Numbered from the stretch's first letter, positions 9,077-19,538 are shown. The stretch: 64,000 bases of DNA from Anaerolineales bacterium (GCA_034430695.1 DAOUEE010000158.1:1-64000), one strand, 5' to 3'. Notes: generated by a model not told the origin, from the sequence alone. Translations and numbers: made by a program.

Positions 9077-10057
9077 CTACACGCAATCTACTGCGTTGCG
9101 AACGGCTAAGATGTTTGCGTGCGGCGCGATGACGGGAACCACACAACCGGTCCCGAGAACCAGGCCGCGACCGTCCGTCGACGTAAATGCATCCCGCGCC
9201 TCCTCCGCTATCGCAGTCGCATCTTTATACACCATCGATGCCCGGCGCACGCCACCACACACTGCGCCTCGAACGTGGGATTTCCCCGTGCCTAGGTCCG
9301 GCCAGGTCTCTCGATCGTGCCAATTCACGACTTGAACCGGATATTCCTGCGCCAGGTCGAAAATGAGCGCCTCACCATGCAAATGAAGCACGTTGCACCA
9401 CCCACTCGCAGTTCGTTCCAAGATCCGTTGATCGTAAATCCTTCCAAAACGATCGTACGATTCCGAGTCAAAATAGCGATACGATGCGTGTTGAATCGCA
9501 TAGAAAATCCCATCGATGCCCATCTCGAAAACCGCATCAACGAAGGCGACCGTGCTCTCGGTAATGACCTCAAGCCCCGCTTCGACTTTCTTTGGGTCAC
9601 GATGAATATCGGCTAACAAAAGATCGATCCCGGCCAGATTCTTCGCTTGTGCCAGCGGGTTGAATATCGTTTGAATGACGGGAACATCTGCGTCTAGATT
9701 CGTTTTGAGGTGTTCCAGACAACGCAGCTGGTTGCCGAGGAAACCCTTTCGAGGATCGAGCTTTGGCAACTTCGGCCAGTCATCGGGGGATTGAATCACT
9801 CGCTGTGTGTAATCCCGCGTACCTTCCGTCGCGCCTCGCCACTCGTCATTCACCCCCCAATCCTTTAGACAATAAGAGGACGCCGGTGTGACCTTCACGA
9901 AATCAAAGTCGTACGTCTTCTGAAACAGCGCGGCCGCTTTGGCAAGTAGTTCAGGGTCCTGGTCATCAACCGGGAAATGACGCCATAAAGCGACCGGAGG
10001 CCGGTCTGCCACCTCCCCAGCGAATGCTGCTTCCAACCGCTCCCGTTTTGTTGTCAT
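9077..10057 (-). CDS. Uroporphyrinogen-decarboxylase (URO-D) family protein (MtaA/CmuA-like methyltransferase fold)
   Basis: 326 aa. The N-terminus 'RLEAAFAGEVADRPPVALWRHF' and overall composition resemble the URO-D/MtaA family. The assignment is by family only. Confidence 0.6.
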   Translation of the reverse strand: MTTKRERLEAAFAGEVADRPPVALWRHFPVDDQDPELLAKAAALFQKTYDFDFVKVTPASSYCLKDWGVNDEWRGATEGTRDYTQRVIQSPDDWPKLPKLDPRKGFLGNQLRCLEHLKTNLDADVPVIQTIFNPLAQAKNLAGIDLLLADIHRDPKKVEAGLEVITESTVAFVDAVFEMGIDGIFYAIQHASYRYFDSESYDRFGRIYDQRILERTASGWCNVLHLHGEALIFDLAQEYPVQVVNWHDRETWPDLGTGKSHVRGAVCGGVRRASMVYKDATAIAEEARDAFTSTDGRGLVLGTGCVVPVIAPHANILAVRNAVDCV

Positions 10058-10112
10058 TTAACTCCCTCGATCACCACACCTACAGTTCGTCGAAAATAGA
10101 ATATTGACCGGA

Positions 10113-10973
10113 TCACAACAAGGCCGGTATCGCTTCAGGTTGATCCGCTACAATCACCCCGGCGGATTCCAGTGCTTGAATTTTATCGACCGCCAACCCA
10201 GAACCACCCTCCACGATCGCTCCGGCATGCCCCATGCGCTTCCCGGGCGGCGCAGATTGTCCCGCGATGAAGGCTACCACGGGTTTCGTCATGTGATCGC
10301 TGATATATTCCGCGGCGAGTTCCTCATCCTTGCCGCCAATTTCTCCGATCATCACAACCTTATCGGTATGCGGATCGGCCTGGAACATGCCCAACACATC
10401 GATAAAGGACGTCCCGTTGATCGGATCTCCGCCAATTCCGACGCAAGTCGACGTGCCGATGCCTGCCAGCTTCAACGCATAAAGAACTTCGTAGGTTAAC
10501 GTTCCCGATCGAGAGACGAGACCCACCGAGCCAGGCTGTGTGATGTGACCGGGAATGATGCCGGCCTTGCACTCTCCCGGAGTGAGGATTCCCGGACAAT
10601 TCGGGCCAACCAAGCGTACACCCTTCTGGTCGATGTACTGCCGGACTCGCATCATGTCCTGAACTGGAATGCCTTCCGTAATGCAGATACACAACCCTAT
10701 TCCGGCGTCTGCTGCTTCGAGCATCGCGTCGACGGCAAACCTGGCCGGCACGAAAATCACGCTGGTGTCGGCGCCGGTCGTCTCCACCGCGCTTTTCACC
10801 GTGTCGAAAACCGGGATCTTCCCTTCGTAAACCCACTCTCCGCCCTTGCCGGGTGTGACACCCGCCACGATCTTCGATCCGTACTCGATCATCCGTACGG
10901 TATGGAAGAAACCTTCACGGCCCGTGATTCCCTGTACCAGAAGATTCGTGCTCGCATCAATGAGAACGCTCAT
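10113..10973 (-). CDS. sucD: Succinyl-CoA synthetase alpha subunit
   Basis: [45 protein letters not shown] plus the catalytic-His region 'GHAGAIV'. Confidence 0.95.
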   Translation of the reverse strand: MSVLIDASTNLLVQGITGREGFFHTVRMIEYGSKIVAGVTPGKGGEWVYEGKIPVFDTVKSAVETTGADTSVIFVPARFAVDAMLEAADAGIGLCICITEGIPVQDMMRVRQYIDQKGVRLVGPNCPGILTPGECKAGIIPGHITQPGSVGLVSRSGTLTYEVLYALKLAGIGTSTCVGIGGDPINGTSFIDVLGMFQADPHTDKVVMIGEIGGKDEELAAEYISDHMTKPVVAFIAGQSAPPGKRMGHAGAIVEGGSGLAVDKIQALESAGVIVADQPEAIPALL

Positions 10974-12115
10974 ACTGACTTCCCCTCCGACGCTAACTGA
11001 ATGGCCTTTTGTGCGGCATCGCCAAGGGAAGTCGCCACAACCATATCCGCATTGCGCAGCAAGTGCCGTCCCTCTTCCTCGTTGGTTCCTACCAGCCGGA
11101 CGACCATGGGAAGATTTCCTTCGACTTCTTTCATCGCCGCGAGTATCCCGCGCGCCACTTCATCGCAGCGCGTGATGCCGCCAAAGATGTTGATCAATAC
11201 CGCATGCACGCTTTCATCCCTCAATATCAGGTTGAACGCCGCAGCGACTTTATCTGCGCCGGCGCCTCCACCGATGTCCAGAAAGTTTGCCGGCTCTCCA
11301 CCGTAAAGCTTGATCACGTCCATCGTCGCCATGGCCAATCCCGCGCCGTTGACCATGCAGCCAATGCTTCCGTCCAATTTCACGTAGGACAGGCTGAATC
11401 GCCGCGCTTCCCGTTCGGTCGGTTCCTCCTCATCCAGATCCCGCATCTCCGCCAATTCAGGGCGGCGAAACAACGCGTTGTCGTCGATGATCATCTTTCC
11501 ATCCAGGGCGAGCAAGCGGTCATCACCGGAGATTACCAGGGGGTTGATTTCTGCCAGGGTCGCGTCGGTGTTAACATACGTGTCGTACAGCCCGCAGACG
11601 ATGGTCCCGAACTGCTGCCAATATTCCCGAGACAATTCAATCGATGCCGCAAGTTGACGCGCCTGGTACTGGCGCATACCCAACAACGGATCGACGTGAA
11701 CCCGCACGATTTTCTCGGGCTTCGTTCGCGCCACTTCTTCGATGTCTACACCGCCTTCAGCAGAGGCGATGATCACCGGACAACGCCGGCCGCGATCGTT
11801 CGTGACGCTGAGATAAATTTCCGACTGAATGTCAGCTGCCTCGTCGACCAGGACTCGCCGTACGGGCAAGCCTTTCACGTGCATCCCCAGCACGTGCGTG
11901 GCGATCTCTTCCGCTTCCTCTGGCGAATCGACCAGGCGGATTCCTCCTGCTTTACCTCGTCCGCCAACCAGTACTTGCGCCTTGATCACCACACGGCTCC
12001 CCAATTCCTGCGCCACAACCTTCGCTTCCTGGGCCGTCATGGCAACCCGGCCACGCGGGATCGGGATGCCGTGTTGAGAAAATAACTGCTTGGATCGGTA
12101 CTCATGAAGCTTCAT
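10970..12115 (-). CDS. sucC: Succinyl-CoA synthetase beta subunit
   Basis: [22 protein letters not shown], an ATP-grasp domain, and overlap with the sucD start. Confidence 0.95.
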   Translation of the reverse strand: MKLHEYRSKQLFSQHGIPIPRGRVAMTAQEAKVVAQELGSRVVIKAQVLVGGRGKAGGIRLVDSPEEAEEIATHVLGMHVKGLPVRRVLVDEAADIQSEIYLSVTNDRGRRCPVIIASAEGGVDIEEVARTKPEKIVRVHVDPLLGMRQYQARQLAASIELSREYWQQFGTIVCGLYDTYVNTDATLAEINPLVISGDDRLLALDGKMIIDDNALFRRPELAEMRDLDEEEPTEREARRFSLSYVKLDGSIGCMVNGAGLAMATMDVIKLYGGEPANFLDIGGGAGADKVAAAFNLILRDESVHAVLINIFGGITRCDEVARGILAAMKEVEGNLPMVVRLVGTNEEEGRHLLRNADMVVATSLGDAAQKAIQLASEGKSV

Positions 12116-12123
12116 TCAGACTC

Positions 12124-12918
12124 CTATTCCCCTGCCTGTTGGTTTTTACTCCCTGCTCCAGACCCTCCAGGATTGCGTGTCCGACGGGTGGAAGGTTGTT
12201 TTTCCATCAGCAAGCGCCGCAGCACTTTTTGCTCGGATTTCGATAGAAAGCGCCACGTTCCAGGCCGCAGGTTTCCCAGTTGAATTGGGCCAATACGCAC
12301 ACGGATCAATCTTCGAACTTCCAATCCCAACGTGCGCATCATCTCGCGAATCTGCCGCTTACGACCCTGGCGGATGACAATGCGCACCCAGGATGTGTTC
12401 GTAGACGAGTTTTCCCGCCAGACCCGCGCCGGTAAAGATTTTACCCCTTCTGGAAGTGTCACGCCGTGTGCCAAGACGGATAACTGAACGTCATCCGGAA
12501 TTCGGTCCAACAAAACGCGATATTCTTTTTCATGTTCGTAACGAGGGTGGAGCAGAAGGTTGGCCAGTTCGCCGTCATTGGTGAGCAGGATTAAACCCTC
12601 ACTGTCCAGATCGAGTCTTCCCACGATGAAGGTGCGTTGAGGGATGTCCACCAGATCGAAAATCGTGCCGTTTCCGCCCTGAGAACGATGCGACGAAAGC
12701 ACGCCCCGAGGTTTGTACACAGCAACGTATACAGGCTTCTCACTGGCATCGATACGTTCACCGTCTACTCGAATCTCATCCACATCTGCGTCCGCTTTCA
12801 TCCCGATCGTGGCGACACGTCCGTTTACCGTCACACGGCCATCACGGATAAAAGTCTCACAGGCACGTCGAGAGCCAATCCCCGTTCTGGCAAGTATCTT
12901 TTGCAATCTTTCCGACAT
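12124..12918 (-). CDS. rluB: Pseudouridine synthase, RsuA/RluB family (S4 domain N-terminus)
   Basis: The S4-like start 'LQKILARTGIGSRRACETFIRDGRVTVNG' and the catalytic-Asp region 'VGRLDLDSEGLILLTNDGE'. Confidence 0.85.
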   Translation of the reverse strand: MSERLQKILARTGIGSRRACETFIRDGRVTVNGRVATIGMKADADVDEIRVDGERIDASEKPVYVAVYKPRGVLSSHRSQGGNGTIFDLVDIPQRTFIVGRLDLDSEGLILLTNDGELANLLLHPRYEHEKEYRVLLDRIPDDVQLSVLAHGVTLPEGVKSLPARVWRENSSTNTSWVRIVIRQGRKRQIREMMRTLGLEVRRLIRVRIGPIQLGNLRPGTWRFLSKSEQKVLRRLLMEKQPSTRRTRNPGGSGAGSKNQQAGE

Positions 12919-13568
12919 CAGACTTCCGATTGGGTTTCCCCTTGATCCTCCGAAGCAGTGGACTCTTCAGTCGAAGGAAGTGATTCGAGATTCAATGGAG
13001 GAAGCTGATCCAGAGATTCGATTCCGAATTGCTGGAGAAATTCCGTAGTCGTCGCATAGAGGATCGGTCTGCCGGGGCTTTCACTTCTGCCGGTCTCTTC
13101 GATGAGACCATAACGCAGCAAAGTCCGCAGCACGCTGTCCGAATTGACGCCGCGTACGGCATCGATCTGTGGACGAGTGACAGGCTGCTGGTAGGCGATT
13201 ATAGATATCACCTCCAACGCCGCCGGGGTTAGACGCGAGGTGCTGTCCAACTGAAGGAATCGTTCCACATCTTCCGATAGTTCGGGCGCTGTAGTCAGTT
13301 GGAAAAGAGACCGGTGGTGCTGCAGCCTCAACCCCCGTCGCTTCAGGTCCTCATCCAACGTATCCAAGGCTTTCTGTATCAAACGAGGCGAGACGTCGAG
13401 TGCGGTCGCCAATTGTGAAACGGAAACCGGCGCAGGCGCAACGAAAAGCAACGCTTCGACGCGCGCGGCCAGATGATTCGTATTTTCCTCGGAAGCGGAC
13501 GGACGAACAGCCGTGCTATAATCACCTTCGGATTCTTTTTCTGGAGTGGATGTTTTTGTTGTCACCAA
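12918..13568 (-). CDS. scpB: Segregation and condensation protein B
   Basis: LEALLFVAPAPVSVSQLATALDVSPRLIQKALDTL... winged-helix repeats typical of ScpB. Confidence 0.8.
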   Translation of the reverse strand: MVTTKTSTPEKESEGDYSTAVRPSASEENTNHLAARVEALLFVAPAPVSVSQLATALDVSPRLIQKALDTLDEDLKRRGLRLQHHRSLFQLTTAPELSEDVERFLQLDSTSRLTPAALEVISIIAYQQPVTRPQIDAVRGVNSDSVLRTLLRYGLIEETGRSESPGRPILYATTTEFLQQFGIESLDQLPPLNLESLPSTEESTASEDQGETQSEV

Positions 13569-14143
13569 ACCTGCTCACCAAGAGTCGAATTTATACGCTT
13601 GCGGCTGCGATCATGATCCTGATTGCAAATCTCGCCTGCCAGTTGAACTTGGGCGGGCCCGAACCCCCCGGAGATCCGATTCCCACACAGGAAAACGCCG
13701 CCTTCAATCTCACAGAAATGTGGCAGTCTGCACTGCAGGATGCCGTTGAATCCGGCCAGGTCATCGTTATACTGAACGAAATTCAGCTCACGTCACTGCT
13801 CGGCCAGCGGATGGCGCAGAAAGAAAATCCGCTCTTGCTCGAACCACAAGTCTTTTTGCGTGACAAAATGATCCAAATTTACGGCACGACGAAAAACGGA
13901 CCCTTCACCGCCAATGTGCTGATCGGCATAACGCCGGTCATTAACGCTGATGGCGAGCTTTCTTTCGACCTCACCCGAGCCGAGTTTGGCCCAATCCCTG
14001 CACCATCAGCTCTCAAAGAAACCGTTTCCGCCATTCTCACCGAAGCCTTTACAGGCACGATCGGTTCTCTGGCGACGGGGATCAGAATTAGTTCGATCGC
14101 AATCTCCGACGGGGAGATGGGAATTGTCGGTGAGATACGCTAA
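13550..14143 (+). CDS. Hypothetical lipoprotein (internal start chosen over the ORF-track 13400 start)
   Basis: A signal peptide and lipobox-like 'IANLAC' follow the Met at 13550. The upstream 150 nt of the track ORF lie antisense inside scpB. Confidence 0.45.
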   Translation: MFLLSPNLLTKSRIYTLAAAIMILIANLACQLNLGGPEPPGDPIPTQENAAFNLTEMWQSALQDAVESGQVIVILNEIQLTSLLGQRMAQKENPLLLEPQVFLRDKMIQIYGTTKNGPFTANVLIGITPVINADGELSFDLTRAEFGPIPAPSALKETVSAILTEAFTGTIGSLATGIRISSIAISDGEMGIVGEIR

Positions 14144-14185
14144 TCGTCAAGTTTGACATTATACCAGTGCGAAGAATGACCAGCA

Positions 14186-15781
14186 ATGAAACCTGAGCAG
14201 AGACTGTTAAAAACCCTTCAAATCGCGTTCTCGGTCGCCTTCTTGATCGCTTCCTGTTCCGGTCCCCAAACGACAGCGGAGCAGATACAGGTCTCGATCG
14301 TCGTCGACGGCGAAGAAACCAAGTTGTCGATCCCGTCCGGATCGACGGTTCAAAATGCCATCGATATCAGCGGCATTACATTGGGGTCGCTCGACCGCCT
14401 CGACCCGCCGGGTTATACCCTACTCGACGCCGGTTCGACGATCATGATTACGCGCGTCGGCGAACGCTTCGAAATCGAACAAATCGAAATCCCCTTCGAA
14501 CGTCAAACCTTGCGCAACGAAGCCCTTCCGATCGGCGAATCCCACCTGCTGCAACCGGGATCGAACGGGCTGCAAGAGATCACCTACCGCATTTTGGAAG
14601 AAGGCGGCGTGGAAATTTCACGAACTCCGGTCAAGAACACGATCCTGGTCGAACCCATCCCGGAAATTGTCATGGTCGGGATCCAATCGGCTTACACACC
14701 GGTCTCCATCGAGGGGAGATTGGCTTACATATCGGGACAAAATGCCTGGATCGTCCAGGGCGACACCGGCAACCGCCGGCCGCTCGTGCTGACGGGCGAT
14801 CTGGACGGCTACATATTCAAACTCTCCGACGACGGGCGTTTCTTGCTCTTCACCCGCCAGGTCGAGGACGATGAGGATACGATCAATCGCTTATGGGCCG
14901 TTTCCACTACGGATGCAAACGCTGAACTCATCGATCTGAAAGTGGAGAACATCGTCCACTTCGCGGATTGGATGCCCGGCATCGATTCCCGTATCGTTGC
15001 CTATTCGACCGTCGAACCCAGCCCCGCCGCACCCGGCTGGCAGGCCAACAACGACTTGTTCACGGTTCGATTCACGGAATCGGGAGTTGTCTTCCGTCCA
15101 GAAACGGTGATCGAACCCAACGCCGGCGGCCAGTATGGATGGTGGGGGACGATGTTCGTCTGGGGCGAAGACCACCTTCACCTGGCGTACGCACAGGCGG
15201 ACAGCATCGGTTTCGTTGATTTCGACACCGCCAGCTTCGTCCCGGTTCAAGAGATTACGCCCTATCGAACGCTGAGTGATTGGGTTTGGGTTCCCGGGCT
15301 CACCTGGGGACGTGACAATCGGACTCTCTTTTTCATCGATCACGGAGCTCCGATCGCACTCGAAAATCCGGACGCCTCACCAGTATTCGACCTCGTGGCA
15401 CTCAGCGGTCAGGGCGGCTTGCGTCTGCCGCTTGCGGAAAGAACGGGGATGTTCGCCTTCCCGACGGTCTCCCCGGCCAGCCTGCTGGATACCGGCGAAA
15501 TCGAATACAAGCTGGCATTTTTACAGGCAATCTCACCGCTGGAAAGCGATACGAGCAATTACCGATTGACCGTCTTGGATCGAGACGGCAGCAACCTTCA
15601 GGGAATTTTTCCCCCGCTTGGTGAAAGCGGTTTAGAACCGCAGCCCGTCGTATGGTCACCAGGAGCCAATCAAATTGCCGTCATTTACCGTGGAGATCTC
15701 TGGATCGTGGATGTCGCCAGTGAACTGGGGCAAAGGATCACCGCGGAAGGCCTGACGCTCTCGATGGATTGGAGTCCCTGA
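14186..15781 (+). CDS. Lipoprotein with DUF348-like + G5 domains and a C-terminal TolB-like beta-propeller
   Basis: Lipobox LIASC. A YabE/RpfB-like segment 'VSIVVDGEETKLSIPSGSTVQNAI' is followed by a G5-like '...ISRTPVKNTILVEPIPEIVMVG'. The C-terminal propeller repeat is 'WSPGANQIAVIYRGDLWIVDV'. Confidence 0.55.
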   Translation: MKPEQRLLKTLQIAFSVAFLIASCSGPQTTAEQIQVSIVVDGEETKLSIPSGSTVQNAIDISGITLGSLDRLDPPGYTLLDAGSTIMITRVGERFEIEQIEIPFERQTLRNEALPIGESHLLQPGSNGLQEITYRILEEGGVEISRTPVKNTILVEPIPEIVMVGIQSAYTPVSIEGRLAYISGQNAWIVQGDTGNRRPLVLTGDLDGYIFKLSDDGRFLLFTRQVEDDEDTINRLWAVSTTDANAELIDLKVENIVHFADWMPGIDSRIVAYSTVEPSPAAPGWQANNDLFTVRFTESGVVFRPETVIEPNAGGQYGWWGTMFVWGEDHLHLAYAQADSIGFVDFDTASFVPVQEITPYRTLSDWVWVPGLTWGRDNRTLFFIDHGAPIALENPDASPVFDLVALSGQGGLRLPLAERTGMFAFPTVSPASLLDTGEIEYKLAFLQAISPLESDTSNYRLTVLDRDGSNLQGIFPPLGESGLEPQPVVWSPGANQIAVIYRGDLWIVDVASELGQRITAEGLTLSMDWSP

Positions 15782-15784
15782 AGA

Positions 15785-16750
15785 ATGCCCAAAGCGCGAA
15801 TGCGAATCGTTGTGACCGGTGGAGCCGGGTTTATCGGTTCACATCTCTGCGATTACCTGCTTCAAAGAGGTCATCAAGTCGTCATCATCGACAATCTCCT
15901 CACGGGCAGCCTGGAAAATATTGCCCATTTCGAAGGAAATGGAGACGTACTATTCATCGAGCAGGACGTATCGGAGCACATCTCCGTTCCGGGCAGGATC
16001 GACGCTGTGATGCATCTCGCATCACCGGCCAGTCCGAACCAATCGTCGCCGTACGGCTATCCGCAATTATCGATTCAGACATTGAAGGTCGGCTCGCTAG
16101 GCACACACAACGCTCTCGGGGTCGCGCGGGCACACGATGCAGCGTTTCTGCTCGCCTCGACTTCTGAAATCTACGGCGATCCGGAAGTCCATCCGCAGTA
16201 TGAAGAGTACTTCGGCCATGTGAACCCCGTAGGAATCCGCTCCGTGTACGATGAAGCGAAGCGCTTTGCGGAGGCCATAACGATGGCCTACCACCGCAAA
16301 CACGGCTTGCGCACGCACATCGCTCGGATCTTCAACACCTTCGGCCCTCGCATGCGCCTCGACGACGGTCGCGTCGTACCCAACTTCATCGGCCAAGCTC
16401 TTCAAAATAAACCGTTAACGGTGTACGGCGATGGCAAGCAGACCCGTAGTTTTTGCTACGTAAGCGACACCGTCGAAGGCCTTTATCGTTTACTTCAAAG
16501 CGACTACAATCTGCCGGTCAACATCGGGAATCCGGTCGAAATGACGATCATGCAATTGGCCGAGTTGATCAACCGCCTGACGAAAAACCAGGCCGGAATT
16601 GAAACCCTGCCCGACTCACGCGCGCCGGCCGATCCACAACGCCGGCAACCGGACATTTCACGCGCGCGGGAGATTCTCGATTGGACACCGCAGGTAGACA
16701 TCGAAGCAGGATTGGAACGGACCATAAAGGATTTTCAAAGCCGCTTATGA
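15785..16750 (+). CDS. UDP-glucuronate decarboxylase-like NAD-dependent epimerase/dehydratase
   Basis: Rossmann motif [12 protein letters not shown], YxxxK motif YDEAKRFAE, and a UXS-like C-terminus. Confidence 0.8.
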   Translation: MPKARMRIVVTGGAGFIGSHLCDYLLQRGHQVVIIDNLLTGSLENIAHFEGNGDVLFIEQDVSEHISVPGRIDAVMHLASPASPNQSSPYGYPQLSIQTLKVGSLGTHNALGVARAHDAAFLLASTSEIYGDPEVHPQYEEYFGHVNPVGIRSVYDEAKRFAEAITMAYHRKHGLRTHIARIFNTFGPRMRLDDGRVVPNFIGQALQNKPLTVYGDGKQTRSFCYVSDTVEGLYRLLQSDYNLPVNIGNPVEMTIMQLAELINRLTKNQAGIETLPDSRAPADPQRRQPDISRAREILDWTPQVDIEAGLERTIKDFQSRL

Positions 16751-17241
16751 ACGCAACTACAAGAAGACGTCGGGAAATCATACGCTTTGTCAAGTTTTCA
16801 GTCGTTGGGACGATCGGAGCCGTCGTCGATTTCGGCACCTTCAACCTGTTGAATTCCGTTGTTGGCCTGGACAGCCTGCCGTCCAGTGTGTGCTCCTTCA
16901 CGGCTGCAATCATCAGTAATTTCATCTGGAATCGCTATTGGACCTACCCGGATTCGCGTTCCAAACCCATCCCCCATCAAGCCACGCAGTTCTTTGGCGT
17001 AAATCTGATCGGCCTGCTGATCCGCACTCCGATATTTGCTTTTTCGGAGGACCCCATGACTCGGCTTGCAGAATGGCTGCTCGCCAACATCCCTTCCACG
17101 TTTCCACCCGGCGATGCTTCGTTCCTTCCGATCGAGAGCGCAGTCCTGGGCAGCAATCTGGCACTCGCCACGGCGGTCATCGTCGTCCTGTTCTGGAATT
17201 TCACGGTAAACCGCATTTGGACCTATTCAGACGTCTCCTAG
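16747..17241 (+). CDS. GtrA-family membrane protein
   Basis: ATGA overlap with the upstream gene. '[23 protein letters not shown]' is a GtrA-like N-terminus. Four TM helices. Confidence 0.7.
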   Translation: MNATTRRRREIIRFVKFSVVGTIGAVVDFGTFNLLNSVVGLDSLPSSVCSFTAAIISNFIWNRYWTYPDSRSKPIPHQATQFFGVNLIGLLIRTPIFAFSEDPMTRLAEWLLANIPSTFPPGDASFLPIESAVLGSNLALATAVIVVLFWNFTVNRIWTYSDVS

Positions 17242-17306
17242 AATAGATCAAGCAATCATGCGTAATTGAGGATCACCTGGCTGTACAGATACGGGTTCGA
17301 CGAAGT

Positions 17307-17322
17307 GTAAGTTTAAACTTAC
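17307..17322. promoter_or_regulatory. Perfect 16-bp palindrome GTAAGTTTAAACTTAC with TGTATAAT -10-like box (17360-17367) upstream of gene at 17398
   Basis: Seen directly in sequence. The palindrome lies about 40 nt upstream of the -10-like element and about 75 nt upstream of the ATG. Confidence 0.3.
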
Positions 17323-17397
17323 GATGTAATTACAAAACTTTCGAACAATTTCGTGGGCTTGTATAATGGATCACACCTCAACGGAGCTTGACAATCG

Positions 17398-17778
17398 ATG
17401 ACCAAGAAATTGAGAAAGCCGATCCCGATTTATACTACCCCCGGAGATTGGTCCGCCTTACTCGTTTTCCCGTATATCTACAACACGCTGGGCGAATGGA
17501 TCGGTTGGGTGACACCGAATAAAGAGGTTTTCGATGTCAACGGGGTATACGTCGGATGGCTGACGAAAGACCCCCGCATACTCACCAAACGCATCCCACA
17601 ACGTCCGCTCGTTCGTAGAGATCCGCCCGTAGAACCCCAACGCATCCGGCCCCCCGCGACCGTCCCGCTGCCACCAATGATGTCCGATCTTCCCTTCGAA
17701 ATCATCGATGTACTCGACGAAGCCCCGGACCGTCTGCACACGACGGATGCCGCTGGATACCGGGAGGACATGGATTAA
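17398..17778 (+). CDS. Hypothetical small protein with internal repeats (GEWIGWVT / GVYVGWLT) and Pro-rich C-terminus
   Basis: 126-aa ORF with a promoter-like element upstream. No recognised family. Confidence 0.45.
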   Translation: MTKKLRKPIPIYTTPGDWSALLVFPYIYNTLGEWIGWVTPNKEVFDVNGVYVGWLTKDPRILTKRIPQRPLVRRDPPVEPQRIRPPATVPLPPMMSDLPFEIIDVLDEAPDRLHTTDAAGYREDMD

Positions 17779-17782
17779 CCGA

Positions 17783-18283
17783 ATGCCGCACGATGAAATC
17801 GAAGCCAAACCCGTGCACGCCTCCAGGGTCGTACTCAGTCAACTCATGCAACCGGGACAAGCCAACTCTCGAGGGGACGTACACGGAGGGTGGATCATGA
17901 AGTTGGTCGACGAAGCGGGCGCGCTGGCAGCCATGCGTCATGCGCAATGCAGAGTCGTTACCGTCGCCATCGATCAGATGTACTTCCTCGAACCCATCCG
18001 TATCGGCGATTTGGTCATCCTGGAAGCGGAAGTAACTTATGTCGGCCGGACGTCCGTCGAGACGCGCGTGCAGGTACATGCGGAGAATCCCGTAACCGGT
18101 CAAAGGACGCACACCAACACCGGCTTCCTGGTCTATGTGGCACTCGACGACGACCGCAATCCGAAGACCGTCCCCAGACTGATTGCGGAGACGGAAGACG
18201 AAAAGCGGCTTTTGGCCGGCGGGAAACAACGTCAAGCTCATCGACTTGCCCAGCGAAAGCAAGATATACGCGAAGGCACCTGA
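17783..18283 (+). CDS. Acyl-CoA thioesterase, hotdog fold (YciA-like)
   Basis: 'SRGDVHGGWIMKLVDEAGALAAMRHAQCRVVTVAIDQMYFLEPIRIGDLV' is typical of YciA/Acot-type hotdog thioesterases. Start chosen at ATG 17783. Confidence 0.75.
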   Translation: MPHDEIEAKPVHASRVVLSQLMQPGQANSRGDVHGGWIMKLVDEAGALAAMRHAQCRVVTVAIDQMYFLEPIRIGDLVILEAEVTYVGRTSVETRVQVHAENPVTGQRTHTNTGFLVYVALDDDRNPKTVPRLIAETEDEKRLLAGGKQRQAHRLAQRKQDIREGT

Positions 18284-19449
18284 TGACGACCAACTTGAAA
18301 TCTCTCAACGAATTAATCGAACAAGCAAGTGCAAAACGGTTTCTCGATGTCGAACCCGCGGAGGATAAAGGGCTGGCGGAGCCGCTGGTCTTTCCGTATC
18401 TATCCCTTGTCGGACAACAAGACATGAAAGTCGCTTTGCTTCTCGCACTGATCAACCCCCACATTGGCGGCGTGCTGCTCATCGGGCCCAGAGGCACGGG
18501 CAAGACGACGGCCGTGCGAAGCTTGATCGATTTGATGCCGGACATTCAACGCAGCCGCTGCGAATATGGCTGCACGCCCGAAGATATCGAAACCAGCGGC
18601 ATCGACTCGGTTTGTCCGAACTGTGCACAGCGCTACGCCCAGGGAGAACCCCTGACGTACACAGACCGGGTTCGTCTCTTCGAACTTCCCCTCAATGCCG
18701 GCCTGGAGGACGTAGTCGGCGGCATCGACGAGCGCGCCGCGGTACATCAGAGATTACGCCTGCGCCGGGGAATCCTCGCCCGTGCGGATCAGAACGTGCT
18801 CTACGTCGATGAAATCAATTTACTCGATGACGACATCATCGATGCCATACTCGATGCTGCTGCACAAGGTACCTACTCGGTCCATCGCGGCGCCCTCGTG
18901 GCGACGTACCGCGCCAGATTTGTACTCATCGGTTCGATGAATCCGGAGGAAGGACGGCTGCGCCCGCAGATCCTCGATCGTTTCGGGCTGCGCGTGATCG
19001 TTCGCGGTTTGGAACACCGCAGCGACCGGCTTGAGGCTTATCGGCGCACAATCGCCTTCCGCAACAACCCGCGAGAAGTGATCCGGGACTACGCAGAAGC
19101 CACGACCTTGTTCCGGGAAGAACTGGAAATCGCAAGACAGCATCTTCCGGAAGTGGCGCTCACGAAACAGGCAGAAACTCTAGGACTGAAATTGGTCCAG
19201 GAATTGGGAGTGGATTCCTTGCGTGCGGAGATAACGCTCTTCGAAGCCGCCAAAGCTCATGCAATCGCGGATGGCCGGGAACGCGCCAATCCACAGGACA
19301 TTCGCACCGTCGCACCGATGAGCCTGCGTCTGCGGCGTTCACAGTTTATGCAAGATTACATCTCTTCAGTTTCCAAGGAAGAAGAAGAGATACAAGCGTT
19401 GTTGAAAACGAAGAAACGATCCCCTGCAAGAAAATCGAAGAATAAGTAG
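18283..19449 (+). CDS. ChlI/BchI-like AAA+ ATPase (Mg-chelatase subunit I family) with Cys4 zinc-ribbon insert
   Basis: Walker A GPRGTGKTT, Walker B LYVDEINLLDD, sensor/Arg-finger 'GSMNPEEGRLRPQILDRFG'. The insert is CEYGC...CPNC. Start at 18283 (TGATG overlap). The ORF-track N-terminal extension is rejected. Confidence 0.8.
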   Translation: MTTNLKSLNELIEQASAKRFLDVEPAEDKGLAEPLVFPYLSLVGQQDMKVALLLALINPHIGGVLLIGPRGTGKTTAVRSLIDLMPDIQRSRCEYGCTPEDIETSGIDSVCPNCAQRYAQGEPLTYTDRVRLFELPLNAGLEDVVGGIDERAAVHQRLRLRRGILARADQNVLYVDEINLLDDDIIDAILDAAAQGTYSVHRGALVATYRARFVLIGSMNPEEGRLRPQILDRFGLRVIVRGLEHRSDRLEAYRRTIAFRNNPREVIRDYAEATTLFREELEIARQHLPEVALTKQAETLGLKLVQELGVDSLRAEITLFEAAKAHAIADGRERANPQDIRTVAPMSLRLRRSQFMQDYISSVSKEEEEIQALLKTKKRSPARKSKNK

Positions 19450-19490
19450 TCAGACACGCCCGAGGAAAGTACAGTAGAGATAGAAAACGA

Positions 19491-19517
19491 AATAGGCCGG
19501 GTTTCCGCCGGCCTATT
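19491..19517. terminator. Terminator hairpin AATAGGCCGG-gtttccg-CCGGCCTATT downstream of acpP (minus) and ChlI-like gene (plus)
   Basis: A 10-bp stem. T-rich flank on the minus strand (TCGTTTTCTA). Confidence 0.55.
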
Positions 19518-19538
19518 CTTACATGATAATCGAAATGG

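Noticed and set aside
11009-12085. 358-aa plus-strand ORF
   Set aside because: It lies entirely antisense within sucC, which has unmistakable SucC sequence. This is a typical GC-rich shadow ORF with Arg/His-rich composition.
13400-13549. Upstream 50 codons of the 13400 ORF
   Set aside because: This stretch is antisense inside scpB. The signal peptide and lipobox begin at the Met at 13550.
17890-18282. N-terminal 131-aa extension of the ChlI-like ORF (Arg/Ser-rich)
   Set aside because: It overlaps the hotdog thioesterase in another frame and has low-complexity composition. The conserved AAA+ protein begins at ATG 18283, which is translationally coupled (TGATG).
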